DNA of 64,000 nt from Myxococcota bacterium. GTDB lineage: Bacteria > Myxococcota_A > SURF-8. The position numbers were made by a program, and so were the translations under genes. Below are positions 1 through 10,482 of the stretch, piece by piece. Every line of letters starts with the position of its first letter. Position 1 is the first letter of the stretch. The notes under the pieces were generated by a model. The model was not told the DNA's origin. It did no database searches and worked only from the letters and a program-made list of their open reading frames with translations. Where the stretch lies: positions 448,001 through 512,000 of the forward strand of contig CAXXQS010000002.1 of the NCBI GenBank assembly GCA_963674735.2, given 5' to 3'.

Positions 1-189
1 CCCCTGGTGGTGGGTTTATCCCAGTGGATCGGCATGACGATGGCCTCCATTTTCGGGGCGGCCGTCCCGATGTTGCTGACCCGCTTCAACATCGACCCCG
101 CCGTGGCCACCGGTCCGATCGTCACCACCACTCTCGATATGCTGGCGATGTGGGTTTTCATGGCTATTGCCTCCATCCTCATTTTCTGA
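1..189 (+). CDS. mgtE: Magnesium transporter MgtE, C-terminal fragment (5' end outside window)
   Basis: ...GAAVPMLLTRFNIDPAVATGPIVTTTLDM matches the MgtE C-terminal DPA-x-x-x-GP-x-x-TT-x-x-D motif; directly upstream of recO. Confidence 0.85.
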   Translation, partial: PLVVGLSQWIGMTMASIFGAAVPMLLTRFNIDPAVATGPIVTTTLDMLAMWVFMAIASILIF

Positions 190-198
190 GGAGCGACC

Positions 199-951
199 GT
201 GCCGAAAGTCGACGATGAAGCGATCGTGCTCAAGCTCACCCCGACCGGCGAAGCCGACTGTGTCGTGCATCTTTTGTGCAAAACTCGCGGTCGGCGCAGC
301 GCTTTTGCCCGCGGCGCACGCAAAAGCCGCAAACGTTTCGTCGGCGCGTTGCAACCCTTCAGTCACATCCGTGCCGGTTTCACCATCCAACGCACCCAGC
401 GCCTCGACCGCCTCGACTACGCCGAAGTGGCGACGCCTTATCTCGAATTACGCGAGGATCTGAGCCGCATCGCCCTGGCTTCGTACTATTGCGAATTGCT
501 GAACGTTTTCCTGGCCGAAGGCGAGCTTTACCCCACCGAATACGCCCTGATGCGCTTTTTCCTCAACCGGTTGCGCCAACATCCGGCTACACTGAAACAC
601 CGCCTCTTTTTTGAATTGCGCCTGCTCGACGCCCTGGGCTTTCTACCCGATGTGCAAAGCTGCGCCGAAGATGGTAGCGCGCTTAGCGGCGCAGCCTGGT
701 TCGATCCGCAGCGGCAGGTGTTTCTCGGCCGCCTAGCCGCCGCCCGACTGGAGCGAGCCGTTCCCGTTTGCCGCCATAGCCGTGAAGCCTTGGCCATGAT
801 CCCCACCATCCCCCTCGACGGCTTGGCTCATCTGCGCGTTACACCCGTTATGGCACACGAGATGCTGACCGTCACCGCGGCGGTCATCCGCGCCCTGTCG
901 CCCCGACCGTTGAAAAGCCTGGCGCTTCTGGATGCGGAGTTGAGAGCATGA
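199..951 (+). CDS. recO: DNA repair protein RecO
   Basis: N-terminal AIVLK..GEAD...[18 protein letters not shown]; [13 protein letters not shown]; RBS GAGGAG before GTG; zinc-finger cysteines partly lost. Confidence 0.9.
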   Translation: MPKVDDEAIVLKLTPTGEADCVVHLLCKTRGRRSAFARGARKSRKRFVGALQPFSHIRAGFTIQRTQRLDRLDYAEVATPYLELREDLSRIALASYYCELLNVFLAEGELYPTEYALMRFFLNRLRQHPATLKHRLFFELRLLDALGFLPDVQSCAEDGSALSGAAWFDPQRQVFLGRLAAARLERAVPVCRHSREALAMIPTIPLDGLAHLRVTPVMAHEMLTVTAAVIRALSPRPLKSLALLDAELRA

Positions 952-2750
952 GCCTTACCCGTCGCGTCCTGAGTCTGATCGCACCGCAAAGCGGAATCCT
1001 AGCCGCCGCGCTCGGCTGCATGCTGGTCAACGCGGCCGCCACGGGAGCCTATGCCTACCTGATCGGACCGGTGGTCAAGTTTCTTTTTGCGGGGGGGCTG
1101 AGCTCCGGCGACAGCCTGACACGCGCTTTGCAAGCCTTCGGCGCTCAACCGGTTCTGGACGATCGCGGCTACCTGATGGCGCTGTTGCCGCTCCTGGTTC
1201 TGGCGGCGGGAATGGCCAAGGGTCTCTCTCAGTTCGGACAGTTCTTTCTGATGGGGTTGATCGGCGAACGCGCGGCACTGGTTTTACGCATGCGCCTGCT
1301 CGACAAACTGCACCGCCTGCCGGATGATCGTCTCGAACGCCAGGGCCCCAGCGACTTGCTCACGCGTCTGACCGCCGATATGACTTTGTTGCAGGAGTCG
1401 CTCACCCACGCCCTCGGTTCGTTGATCGCCGATTCCTTGAAAGTGCTGGTGCTCTTGTCGGTCGCGGTGACTCTCGATTGGCGGCTGGCGCTTTTGACCG
1501 CGCTGCTGGTGCCGGTGATGTCCTGGCCGATCGTGACCTTGGGTCGTTGGCTCAAACGCACGGCGCTGGGCCGACAGGAGGCGCTGGCCGATCTGACCGC
1601 CCACATTCAAGAAGACTGCGCCAGTTCGCGCCTGATCCGCGACTACCAGGCCGCCGCCCCGCGCCGCCGCCGGTTCGAACGCAACAGCGGACGCTACTTC
1701 ACCGCCAGCCTGCAATTTTTCCGCGCCCGTGGCTGGTCGTCGCCCATCATGGAAGTCTTGGGAGCCGTGGGTGTGGCCGGAACTTTATGGCTGGCCGGAT
1801 CGCGTATGGCGGCGGGAGATTTGGTGCCCGAGCACTTCATCAGCTTCTTCGCCGCCGTCATGCTGCTTTACGAACCGCTTAAAAATCTCGGCCGCTTGAA
1901 CGGCGTAATTCAGTCTGGACGCGCCGGAGGCGAACGCGTCTTCGCCATGCTCGACTGGGAAGACGAACGCGACCGCGACCGCGGCACCGCAACCCCGACC
2001 GCCCCGCAGATCGCCATTCGTTTCGAAAACGTGGTTTTCGGTTACGGCGAAAAACGTGTCCTCGACGGACTATCGCTCACCTTAACCGCCGGGTCGGTCA
2101 TGGCGCTGGTGGGACCGTCCGGTACGGGAAAAACAACCCTCACCCGGCTTTTACTGCGCCACTACACGCCATCCAAAGGTCGTATCCGGATCGACGATCT
2201 TCCCCTGGAAGCCTGCCGCCTCGATGCCTTGCGCTCCTTGATCGCGGTGGTGGAGCAGCGGCCGCTGTTGTTCGACGACACGCTCGACGCCAACCTGCGC
2301 ATCGCTTGTCCCGAGGCCACCCAGAAAGCCGTCGGCGAAGCCATTCACCGCGCCCGGCTCGACAACGTGGTGGCGCGCCTGCCCAAAGGTCGTGCAACGC
2401 GGCTGGGCATAAACGGCGAGCGCTTGTCCGAAGGCGAACGCCAGCGCGTGGCGATTGCACGCGCCTTTCTCAAAGCGGCCCCCATCGTGGTGCTCGACGA
2501 AATCACCGCCGCGCTCGACGCTGCCAATGAGGCCGCCATCCGCGAGGCCCTGCGGGAATTGTCGGTGGGACGCACGGTGCTGATCATCGCCCATCGGCTG
2601 ACCACCATCCGCCACGCCGACCGCATTGCGGTGATGCAATCCGGGCGCATCAGCGAAACGGGGACACACGACGAACTGATGGCGCAGGATGGCCTCTACC
2701 GTCGTTTCGTGGAATTGCAGAACCCGACGACCAGCGACGAAACCGATTAG
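948..2750 (+). CDS. ABC exporter, fused permease/ATPase (MsbA-like)
   Basis: N-terminal TM domain; Walker A GPSGTGKT; signature variant LSEGERQR; Walker B VVLDE; H-loop IAHRLTT; overlaps recO stop. Confidence 0.85.
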   Translation: MSLTRRVLSLIAPQSGILAAALGCMLVNAAATGAYAYLIGPVVKFLFAGGLSSGDSLTRALQAFGAQPVLDDRGYLMALLPLLVLAAGMAKGLSQFGQFFLMGLIGERAALVLRMRLLDKLHRLPDDRLERQGPSDLLTRLTADMTLLQESLTHALGSLIADSLKVLVLLSVAVTLDWRLALLTALLVPVMSWPIVTLGRWLKRTALGRQEALADLTAHIQEDCASSRLIRDYQAAAPRRRRFERNSGRYFTASLQFFRARGWSSPIMEVLGAVGVAGTLWLAGSRMAAGDLVPEHFISFFAAVMLLYEPLKNLGRLNGVIQSGRAGGERVFAMLDWEDERDRDRGTATPTAPQIAIRFENVVFGYGEKRVLDGLSLTLTAGSVMALVGPSGTGKTTLTRLLLRHYTPSKGRIRIDDLPLEACRLDALRSLIAVVEQRPLLFDDTLDANLRIACPEATQKAVGEAIHRARLDNVVARLPKGRATRLGINGERLSEGERQRVAIARAFLKAAPIVVLDEITAALDAANEAAIREALRELSVGRTVLIIAHRLTTIRHADRIAVMQSGRISETGTHDELMAQDGLYRRFVELQNPTTSDETD

Positions 2751-4034
2751 CGCGGATTTCCCTGATAGAATCAAATCCGAAAACGGTGGGAAGGAAGAAA
2801 TTAAAAAAACATCTCATAGATTTTTCAGAAACGTAAACAACGTGCTTGGATCTTCGGTTAAAAATATACCTAATAAGGTAATAACAAACAATAAAGTTTT
2901 CCATCTTTCCGCTAGCCATCGTTCTTTTGAAAGGTTGTATAGAAAGGGTAGTATTGTAATTCTCAAAACCAATGCAGAGATTACAAAGACAATTACCAAA
3001 TAAAACGCCAATGAAATGAAAGCAGTTGAAAAACTCAATATTGCTGCCAAAGCAGAGTCAGAGTTTGCAAGCAAGCATGCTTGTGTTGGTTCTATTTTCA
3101 TGTTTATTGCGATAAACGGAGTATACACACAAATTGCAACTACTGTTGCATCTAAAGCTAGATAAAAAAGCATTCTGCTTAAACTTTTTTCTGATCTAAC
3201 TATTTTAGAAATCAATAATCTTGATGCTAGAACCGAAGCAAGATTGGTAAGAAAAACAATAACTATAACATTGTTTATTAGGTTAAATAATTCAACATCG
3301 CTAAGAACAAATCTCACAATCAATATAGGCAACCCAAAAAGTAAAACCGTAAGCTTTATCGCAATTTCTATAATTGGTGATTGACGAACAAAAATGATCT
3401 TTTTCACAGAAAAGAGCGTAAATAGCTTTGAGAATAGTAATAACAGCATAAACCCAAAACTCAAAACGCCAATAGATCTAATATTTTTTTCAGCCGAGTT
3501 TACCGCAGCATAAAGAATTATTGCGAAATAATTATTTGTTTTCTCAACATCAATGGGTGGTAATTGAAAGCTATATTTTCTTACCAATAATGCCGCTATA
3601 TAAATCAAACTCGATCCAATTAGGGCTATAAAAAAGGTGTTTAAAAAAAAATACCCATCAATGCGCTTTCCATAAAGCCTGCTAATCATATACTCAATTG
3701 ATAATGCAGCCTTAGATATTACCCTTTTTAATAATTCAGAAAATGTACTTGGCTTTATTACTATTGGTTTTAACCATAGTTCAAGTCGACGCGACAAATC
3801 ATCAATCCTGTTTGCTGTTATAAAAAAGGCAGACAAAAGACATACTGCTATTATCAGAGCTATATATCGAACTAACAAGTAAACGATCTGCCAAGGAAAT
3901 TCCATCAAACTATCCAAACCACCTCCTTATGAAACAAGGCTGGAAATGACTGTATTTAAACATGTTCCGGATATCCTTTTTCTGGCAAAGAATTATCCAT
4001 GTACAATTAAACTCCCATTCTTCCATCTGACAGT
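2751..4034. other. AT-rich insertion between two convergent GC-rich genes
   Basis: Abrupt switch to A/T-rich sequence after the ABC stop codon and back at about 4035; contains one long ORF. Confidence 0.75.
2814..3917 (-). CDS. Hypothetical multi-pass membrane protein (AT-rich, orphan-like)
   Basis: 367-aa ORF with many hydrophobic segments; AAGGAGGT RBS upstream on the minus strand; no recognisable motif. Confidence 0.7.
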   Translation of the reverse strand: MDSLMEFPWQIVYLLVRYIALIIAVCLLSAFFITANRIDDLSRRLELWLKPIVIKPSTFSELLKRVISKAALSIEYMISRLYGKRIDGYFFLNTFFIALIGSSLIYIAALLVRKYSFQLPPIDVEKTNNYFAIILYAAVNSAEKNIRSIGVLSFGFMLLLLFSKLFTLFSVKKIIFVRQSPIIEIAIKLTVLLFGLPILIVRFVLSDVELFNLINNVIVIVFLTNLASVLASRLLISKIVRSEKSLSRMLFYLALDATVVAICVYTPFIAINMKIEPTQACLLANSDSALAAILSFSTAFISLAFYLVIVFVISALVLRITILPFLYNLSKERWLAERWKTLLFVITLLGIFLTEDPSTLFTFLKNL

Positions 4035-5033
4035 CTAACTTAACCGCTCCAGCGAGTTTTTCAACGCGGCGCGCGCCTCGGCAATCATGCGCGGGATGAG
4101 GTCGTTCACGCTGGGGATATCATCGATGCGCCCCACCGATTGCCCCACCGTCAGCATGGCGTTTTCGGCGTCGCCATTGGCCCACACCTGGCGCGCCCGT
4201 TCACCGGAAATGAGCGGGAACAACGCCGAGAAGTCGCCGCCTTCCTCTTCCACCTGGGCGATCTGGCGCATGATATCGTTTTTCAGGGCACGCACCTGCA
4301 GGCCGAAAGGCGCGAGCAGTTGCTTCAAGCCCAGGCCGGTATCGGCTTCGGAACGATCGAGCAGCATCTGGTAAATATTGGCATGCACGCCGGATTCTTT
4401 CGTGGCCAGAAAACGCGTCGCCATCATCACGCCGTCCGCACCCAGGGCCAAAGCCGCCGCCATGGACTTGCCGTCCACCATGCCGCCGGCGGCCAGAACG
4501 GGAATATCCACCGCCTCCACCACCTTGGGCAACAGTACCAGGGTCGAAACGTTGTCCTTATGTGGAAAACCACCCTCCTCGAAACCGGCGATGGTGACGG
4601 CATCGTAGCCCACCTTCTGGGCATGCGCCGCGTGCTTGACCGTCCCCACCTTGTGCAACACCTTCACACCCGCTTCCTTGGATTTGGGCAAAAGGTCGGG
4701 GCCCAGGAAGGTGTCTACCGGGGCTCCGGCGATCTCGATGGCGGCCACCCGCTTTTCGCAGCAGATCTCGAAGAACTCGCGTAAAAGCTCCACCGGCAGG
4801 CGAATGGACGGCATGGTGGTGATGTTGACGATGAAGGGTTTGGTCGTCAATTCGTAGGTGCGGTCGATGGCGGCGCGGAATTCATCGCCGCTGTTGTAAT
4901 TGCCGCTGGTCAGATTGCCCATGGCTCCGGCGTTGCTGATGGCCGCAGCCAATTCCGGCTTGGCCAACCACAACATGCCGCCGCACTGAATCGGATACTG
5001 AATGTTGAACAGCTCGGTGATGCGCGTTTTCAT
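4035..5033 (-). CDS. Nitronate monooxygenase / FabK-family FMN oxidoreductase
   Basis: MKTRITELFNIQYPIQCGGM, GFEEGG, PVLAAGGMVDG, ALGADGVMMATRF, GQSVGRI; start moved to the ATG at 5033. Confidence 0.85.
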   Translation of the reverse strand: MKTRITELFNIQYPIQCGGMLWLAKPELAAAISNAGAMGNLTSGNYNSGDEFRAAIDRTYELTTKPFIVNITTMPSIRLPVELLREFFEICCEKRVAAIEIAGAPVDTFLGPDLLPKSKEAGVKVLHKVGTVKHAAHAQKVGYDAVTIAGFEEGGFPHKDNVSTLVLLPKVVEAVDIPVLAAGGMVDGKSMAAALALGADGVMMATRFLATKESGVHANIYQMLLDRSEADTGLGLKQLLAPFGLQVRALKNDIMRQIAQVEEEGGDFSALFPLISGERARQVWANGDAENAMLTVGQSVGRIDDIPSVNDLIPRMIAEARAALKNSLERLS

Positions 5034-5315
5034 GGGATGTCCTTTTTGGGAAAGAGTAAAACGACCCAAAGCTTGCGCCACTGTTTTACGACGTGCCGAC
5101 AACGAGTCGATTTCGATTGTGTCACCCATCTTTTGTAGACCAAACAATCCCCCGTGGCAAGTGGATAAATGCCGCGAATCGAGCGGAAATCGGTTGTCTG
5201 TCGCCATCCTCTGAGGTATTCTCGGGCAACGTGAAAGCGTCAAGATCACAGATACAGGCTCCGTTCGAAAACAAGTGCGAAACCGGCGTTTCGCTGCAGA
5301 AAGCGTCCACGATCC

Positions 5316-7328
5316 ATGGTTAACCCGATTTCCATTCTCGCTCGTCCGACTGGTCTGGGGCTGTTGGTGCTTGGGTTTCTGGCAACCGCATTATTCGGCT
5401 GTCAAGACACCCCCACCGACAAACCCCACTACGTCCTGCACCACGAAGCGCGCGCGCCGCTGCTCAAAATCGCCAAAGCGGCCGCCACTTCCCGCTATGC
5501 GGATACCTATGCCATAACGGATATTCACTGGCGCGGAGCGAAAACGCACTTTGTGGTTGAGCGCGACCAACAGCCGATTTTCGAACTGGTCTTGAGTTAC
5601 CCCGAGGAAAGCTGTGCGGGCGAACGCACCGCCCAGTTCTGCCTGACGCTGGAACAAACCGGCACACAAGGCGCTATTCGCTCGGAAATGGACCAGCGCT
5701 ATTACCGCTATCTGATCAAGCAACTACGTCGATTGGATGAATCGGATTCCTTGTGGCGGCGGACGGATGCCGTTTCAGCTCCCGATGACAAGCTCAAGCC
5801 GATCGGTTACCGCGAAGTCCCCTGCCAAACGCTACGCGAGGAAGAAGATCCCGACCGCTACAATGTTTTGAACGTGGGCGTGCCACGCGCGCTCAACATC
5901 GGGTTGGTCGGAGCGATATTCACGCTCTTGCTGATTCTTTTTATTTTGAGTTGGCGACATGCCGAACCGAATAAACTACCCTCGCTGGATCTGATGCGCC
6001 AAGCTTGGGTGAAGGCTCTGTTCAGGCTCCGCATCCATCCTCAGGCGATCCGCTGGCTGATCACGCTCGCGTTGTTGGTGGTGATGCTGGACATGTTGCT
6101 CGGGTCGTTGAGCCACGTACGCAATCTCGGTCACCTGGCCTTCTGGCAGATCTGGTGGCCTTTGCTGCCTTTGCTGCCGCTGCTGCTTGGCCGGATATTC
6201 TGTGCCATCTGCCCGGTATCGGCGCTGGCCGGATTTTTACGACGACACGGGCTCAAACGAGCGGTTCCCCCATGGTTTGCAAAGCTCGGATTGCTTCCGG
6301 CAATGGTGACGCTGCTGATATTCGGCGTGCTTGATCAATTGATCCGAATCGAAGATCGTCCTTGGATATCGGGGCAATTTTTGTTGATCGTCACCTTGAG
6401 CGCCCTGGTGATGCACGCGCTTTATCGTGAACGGGTGTTCTGCCGCCAGATCTGCCCGGTGGGTGCCATTCAAGGCTTGCTCGGACGCCTTTCGGCGGTG
6501 GCCTTCCGCTGGCGAACCGATTACACGGCCACTCCCGCGTGCCGCTTCGGCCTCGTCAAAAAAACCGGGGCAGACGATCCGCATTGCGGATTATGCGGAG
6601 ATTGCTGGCGCGGGAATGAACAAGACGTAACGCTATCGTTGCGACCGCCCGTCGCAGCCGCGCGGCTCACGGGGACGATGGTCGGTGAAGCGGCGCTGAT
6701 GTTTCTGCTTTTAGCCCACGTGTTATTCGAACAGACCCTTGCCAACGATATCGGCGCTTTTTTATTGCTGCTGTACGAGCACGCCTTCATCGTTTTCCAA
6801 CCCAACCCGCCCTTGCCCGCGTGGCTGCCTTATCTGCCGATTCAAGTTTATCTGATGGGACTGCTGCTGAGTTACGTCCTGGTGGTATTCGGCGCACGCC
6901 TGCTGCTCCTGCGGCTGGCGCGCATTGCCGAAGCGCCGCTGTCGCCCGAAACCTCGCGGCGCATGGCGCTGGGACACCTGCCCCTGGTGGCCTTCAGTCT
7001 GCTGGCGCTCATGCTGCCTCAATGGGCCATGCTACCGGACCTGATGGCGCGTCTCGGTACCCTTATTGCCGGAGGCGCCTTCAGCGATATTCCGCTGGTA
7101 CAGGCCAGCGACTTTCCCGTCGCAACCCTGCGCGTCTTACGGGAAATGCTGATTTTGTTCGGGTTGCTGTTCAGCTGGCTGCTGCTCAAACGCAACGCTC
7201 GTTCGGAAAGCCCTTCGTCTCCGGCGCTTGAACGCCGCCTGCGGGCCGAAATCGTTTTCGCCGTTTTGATGACGACCTTGCTGTTGTTTTTATTCGCCCT
7301 TCCGACTACGACAGGGGATGCATGTTGA
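5316..7328 (+). CDS. Membrane 4Fe-4S-binding protein (NapH/YccM-like) with N-terminal lipoprotein-like soluble domain
   Basis: Lipobox-like LFGC; GRIFCAICPV and RVFCRQICPVG motifs; CGLCGDC; many TM helices. Confidence 0.65.
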   Translation: MVNPISILARPTGLGLLVLGFLATALFGCQDTPTDKPHYVLHHEARAPLLKIAKAAATSRYADTYAITDIHWRGAKTHFVVERDQQPIFELVLSYPEESCAGERTAQFCLTLEQTGTQGAIRSEMDQRYYRYLIKQLRRLDESDSLWRRTDAVSAPDDKLKPIGYREVPCQTLREEEDPDRYNVLNVGVPRALNIGLVGAIFTLLLILFILSWRHAEPNKLPSLDLMRQAWVKALFRLRIHPQAIRWLITLALLVVMLDMLLGSLSHVRNLGHLAFWQIWWPLLPLLPLLLGRIFCAICPVSALAGFLRRHGLKRAVPPWFAKLGLLPAMVTLLIFGVLDQLIRIEDRPWISGQFLLIVTLSALVMHALYRERVFCRQICPVGAIQGLLGRLSAVAFRWRTDYTATPACRFGLVKKTGADDPHCGLCGDCWRGNEQDVTLSLRPPVAAARLTGTMVGEAALMFLLLAHVLFEQTLANDIGAFLLLLYEHAFIVFQPNPPLPAWLPYLPIQVYLMGLLLSYVLVVFGARLLLLRLARIAEAPLSPETSRRMALGHLPLVAFSLLALMLPQWAMLPDLMARLGTLIAGGAFSDIPLVQASDFPVATLRVLREMLILFGLLFSWLLLKRNARSESPSSPALERRLRAEIVFAVLMTTLLLFLFALPTTTGDAC

Positions 7329-8512
7329 CACGGAATCGCTCGATCGGTCGCCTCCTTTTACTGCTGCTGTCGATCTGGCTGTGTGCCTGCCAACCGGGAC
7401 CGGAACGTCTGGCAGCCGATGCCGAACGCGCCGCCGAACTGGGCTGGGATCGTCTGGTGGAACGCTTTGCCATCCCAAGCCTCGAAGCTATCGAAAAAGG
7501 CGGCTGGGTCGCTTTGCGCGACAGTCAAAACGATGTCTGCCAGGTTTGCGGGCCAAACATGTATGTCGAAAGCCAGGCCTACGACCTCAACTGGTTTATG
7601 GACGGCCACCTGAATCACTTTCACCGTCCGCAAGACGAAGCGGTAGCGCGACGGATCGTCCAGGTATTGCTGAAAACCCAACATCCGCAAAGCGGAAACT
7701 GGCCATGGAGCGACGATGGCTGCCTGCATGAATACCTGGCGGTGGCACTGCATCGCATGGGGCAACCGGAAGCCGCGCTGAAAGCGGTTGATTGGGCGGC
7801 TGAATGGGGATTGAAAGAGCGTCTTACGCCCGAAGGTCATTTGATGGAAACCGAGGGCATCCACGTGGTCAAATCCTTTGGACTCAAGGATCATCCACCG
7901 CTGCCTTTCGACGGAGGCTATCCCCACGTAACCGGGTTCTTTCAGCACCTGACCGCCGTGGACGAATACCCCATGCTACTGGAAATGCTGGCCATTACCG
8001 GCACCCGCAACCGCCACCCCGAGTTCACCCGACGCCTCGAACTGGGCTGGAAGCACTACCTGGATCATCCGAAAATGGATCGGCGTAACAGCGTCGATTT
8101 CATCCAAAGCGTGGGAATCGCCATCTATCTGCTGGCCATCGCGGAAGGCCGCCTGGAAGCCGATCCGCAGATGACGCCTCAAGCGCAGAAACTGTTGCTG
8201 CATTTGGCGGAACACCAGGTTAGTAAGTTGATCCCCGAAACGCTGATCACCGCCACGTTGCTGGTCGGCGTAGCCGGAACCGAGCTGATCCGTCAACATC
8301 CCGATTTAGCTGACGAACTGGCGCTACACGTGCTCAATGCCCAGGATATCGGGGGCGAATGGCCCATGAACAAGTTTCTTTTCCTAACCCCCGCGACCGA
8401 CACTCTGATCCATGATTTCCGGGTCACCTACCCGGCCGGCGAGGTCGAATGCCTCTCGACCTACTATTCCGCTTTCGGATTACGCTTATATGCCGATAAC
8501 CGCTTGCGCTAA
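7322..8512 (+). CDS. Hypothetical lipoprotein, probable alpha/alpha-barrel (QW-like repeats)
   Basis: Lipobox LCAC; LLKTQHPQSGNW and VLNAQDIGGEW resemble prenyltransferase/squalene-cyclase QW repeats; overlaps upstream gene. Confidence 0.55.
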   Translation: MLTRNRSIGRLLLLLLSIWLCACQPGPERLAADAERAAELGWDRLVERFAIPSLEAIEKGGWVALRDSQNDVCQVCGPNMYVESQAYDLNWFMDGHLNHFHRPQDEAVARRIVQVLLKTQHPQSGNWPWSDDGCLHEYLAVALHRMGQPEAALKAVDWAAEWGLKERLTPEGHLMETEGIHVVKSFGLKDHPPLPFDGGYPHVTGFFQHLTAVDEYPMLLEMLAITGTRNRHPEFTRRLELGWKHYLDHPKMDRRNSVDFIQSVGIAIYLLAIAEGRLEADPQMTPQAQKLLLHLAEHQVSKLIPETLITATLLVGVAGTELIRQHPDLADELALHVLNAQDIGGEWPMNKFLFLTPATDTLIHDFRVTYPAGEVECLSTYYSAFGLRLYADNRLR

Positions 8513-8784
8513 AAAGCCCGGCCAAACTGAAGTTGGTATAATTTGAAAGGCTTGGCTGGGGCTCCGTCAAGTACTACAGATACGGCCAACTTTGACGCCT
8601 CGCGTTATAGCAAGCGAGTCTTCCTGAAATAAATACTTAAATTTACTTGACAATGTCTCTCAAACTTGGCACATAGGGGGCCCGCGGGATAGAACAAATG
8701 TTCAAGATGCGTTATCTAAACGCGTCACCCCTGACAAAAATGTCTTTGTTTTTATCAGGTCTGGACACAATCCGCAGAGGGGGG

Positions 8785-8813
8785 TTGATTTTTCCATTGA
8801 ATAGATGTATAAT
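8785..8813 (+). promoter_or_regulatory. Sigma70-type promoter upstream of the GT2 operon
   Basis: TTGATT (8785-8790), 17-nt spacer, TATAAT (8808-8813); a second TGGTATAAT extended -10 lies at 8534-8542. Confidence 0.55.
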
Positions 8814-9121
8814 GGTCAGAATCGTATCCCCTTGATTTAGCTCGACAAGTTTATACAGGTGCGAAAGAACCGGGATCCGTTCCCGGTGAACGGAATAATT
8901 TGGTATCGTCCTTGCTTTCTTAAAAGAAAACGTCGGATAAAACAACCTATCTGGCAGATGCTCAGTTGTAAAGCATCGTGACATCCCGGCCCATTCACTT
9001 CCTGTAAAGACAGAGGGCGGAGTACATTGGATTCCCGATCGGGAAGTGGCTGGTACATATTGAAAGGGTTGAAAATCGACCCGCCGGATAATAAAAACGA
9101 AAGAAAACGCGAGTTTATAAT

Positions 9122-10459
9122 ATGGATTTCACGGATATCATAACGGTTCTGGCCCACATGGTGGTGTTCATCGTCTTCTGCAACCGCTATATCGTCGGTT
9201 TGTACCTGAAGCGTCTCAAAGGTCATAAGTTCGACGAAACCATCGAAGGCTACGAACCCACCGTCAGCGTCGTCATTCCCATGTTCAACGAGGGCGAAGG
9301 CATCTATCGCACGCTCAAGAGCCTCGTCAACCTGGATTACCCCAAGGACAAACTGGAAATCGTGGTGGTGGACGACTGTTCCACCGACGACAGCTACCAA
9401 TGGGCGCGCCAGGCGGCTCGCGAACACCCGAACGTCAGCGTCATGCGCAACCCCGTCAACATGGGCAAACGCAAGGGCATCAACCGGGCCGTGCGCCGTT
9501 CTAAAAGCGAAATCATCGTCTCGGTCGATTCCGATGTGGTGGTGGACAACCAGGCCATCCGCTCCCTGGTCAAACGCTTCGTGCGCCCCGAAATTGCCGC
9601 CGTCGGCGGGCGCGTGAACGTCATCAACAAAGACGACAACTGGCTGACCCGCATGCAGACGGTGAAATACTACTTCGGCTACGAGTATCTGAAGAACGTT
9701 GAAAACGCTTTCAATACGGTCATGTGCCTGTCGGGCTGCCTGACGGCCTACCGCCGTGAAGTCTTGATGGAGCTCGAACCGATCCTCGAAAACCGCAGCA
9801 TGTTCGGCATTTCCATCAAGTACGGCGAAGATCGCTTCCTGACCCGCCAGATCGTCAAGGCCGGTTACCAAACCACCATGACGCTCGAAGCCAATTCCTA
9901 CACCATGGTGCCCAATAACCTGTCCACCTATTTCTCGCAGCAGTTGCGCTGGCGTCGTTCGAATGCAGTAGACTTCTTCGGTGGCATCTGGCACATCTGG
10001 CGCGTCAATCCCTTTGTCATGGTGCATTATCTCGGCCTGTTCGGCATGATGTTCATGTATCCGATGGTGATCGGACATACCGTGGTAAGCGGAAACTTCC
10101 TGCCCCTGGCGGTGATCCATCTCGGCGTACTGGGTGTCTTTTCCATGGTCTATAAACTGCGAACCTGGGCCTTGCCGTCCGATATGAAGGTTAACCCCAT
10201 GTCGTTTCTGGCCATGACCTTCGTGATGCCGGTCACGTACCTGCTGCTCACGCCCCTGGCCCTGTTCACACTCGATTCGGGTAGCTGGGAAACCCGCGGC
10301 AAACCGACTCCCAAACCGGAAACGGCCAAACCCGACGAGCGTCTGCCCGAACCGACCAATGTGTATCCCCTGCGTCTGGCGCATGCCTCCCATGATCGGG
10401 GAAGCGCCGCCATGAGCGCCCCGACCTGGGGCAAAGTAGCGGAAGGCGGCCGCCGCTGA
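9122..10459 (+). CDS. Processive GT2 glycosyltransferase, NodC/hyaluronan synthase/chitin synthase type
   Basis: VVIPMFNE, VVDDCSTD, GKRKG, VDSD (DxD), CLSGCLTAYRR, GEDRFLT, QQLRWRRS and C-terminal SWETR; N- and C-terminal TM helices. Confidence 0.85.
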   Translation: MDFTDIITVLAHMVVFIVFCNRYIVGLYLKRLKGHKFDETIEGYEPTVSVVIPMFNEGEGIYRTLKSLVNLDYPKDKLEIVVVDDCSTDDSYQWARQAAREHPNVSVMRNPVNMGKRKGINRAVRRSKSEIIVSVDSDVVVDNQAIRSLVKRFVRPEIAAVGGRVNVINKDDNWLTRMQTVKYYFGYEYLKNVENAFNTVMCLSGCLTAYRREVLMELEPILENRSMFGISIKYGEDRFLTRQIVKAGYQTTMTLEANSYTMVPNNLSTYFSQQLRWRRSNAVDFFGGIWHIWRVNPFVMVHYLGLFGMMFMYPMVIGHTVVSGNFLPLAVIHLGVLGVFSMVYKLRTWALPSDMKVNPMSFLAMTFVMPVTYLLLTPLALFTLDSGSWETRGKPTPKPETAKPDERLPEPTNVYPLRLAHASHDRGSAAMSAPTWGKVAEGGRR

Positions 10460-10482
10460 GCGGTTTCGGAGAGGGTTGAGTC

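Noticed and set aside
2420-2530. Non-canonical ABC signature LSEGE in the MsbA-like exporter
   Set aside because: Walker A/B, catalytic Glu and H-loop are retained; a single signature variant is too weak to claim an inactive or novel transporter
8666-8681. Sigma54 promoter candidate TTGGCACATAGGGGGC
   Set aside because: GG-N10-GC spacing fits, but the -12 TTGC is absent; a better sigma70 match lies downstream
8837-10393. Long antisense ORFs (also 41408-42856, 35276-36709, 49133-50308, 58721-60016, 30734-32047)
   Set aside because: Shadows of real high-GC genes on the opposite strand, with no motifs
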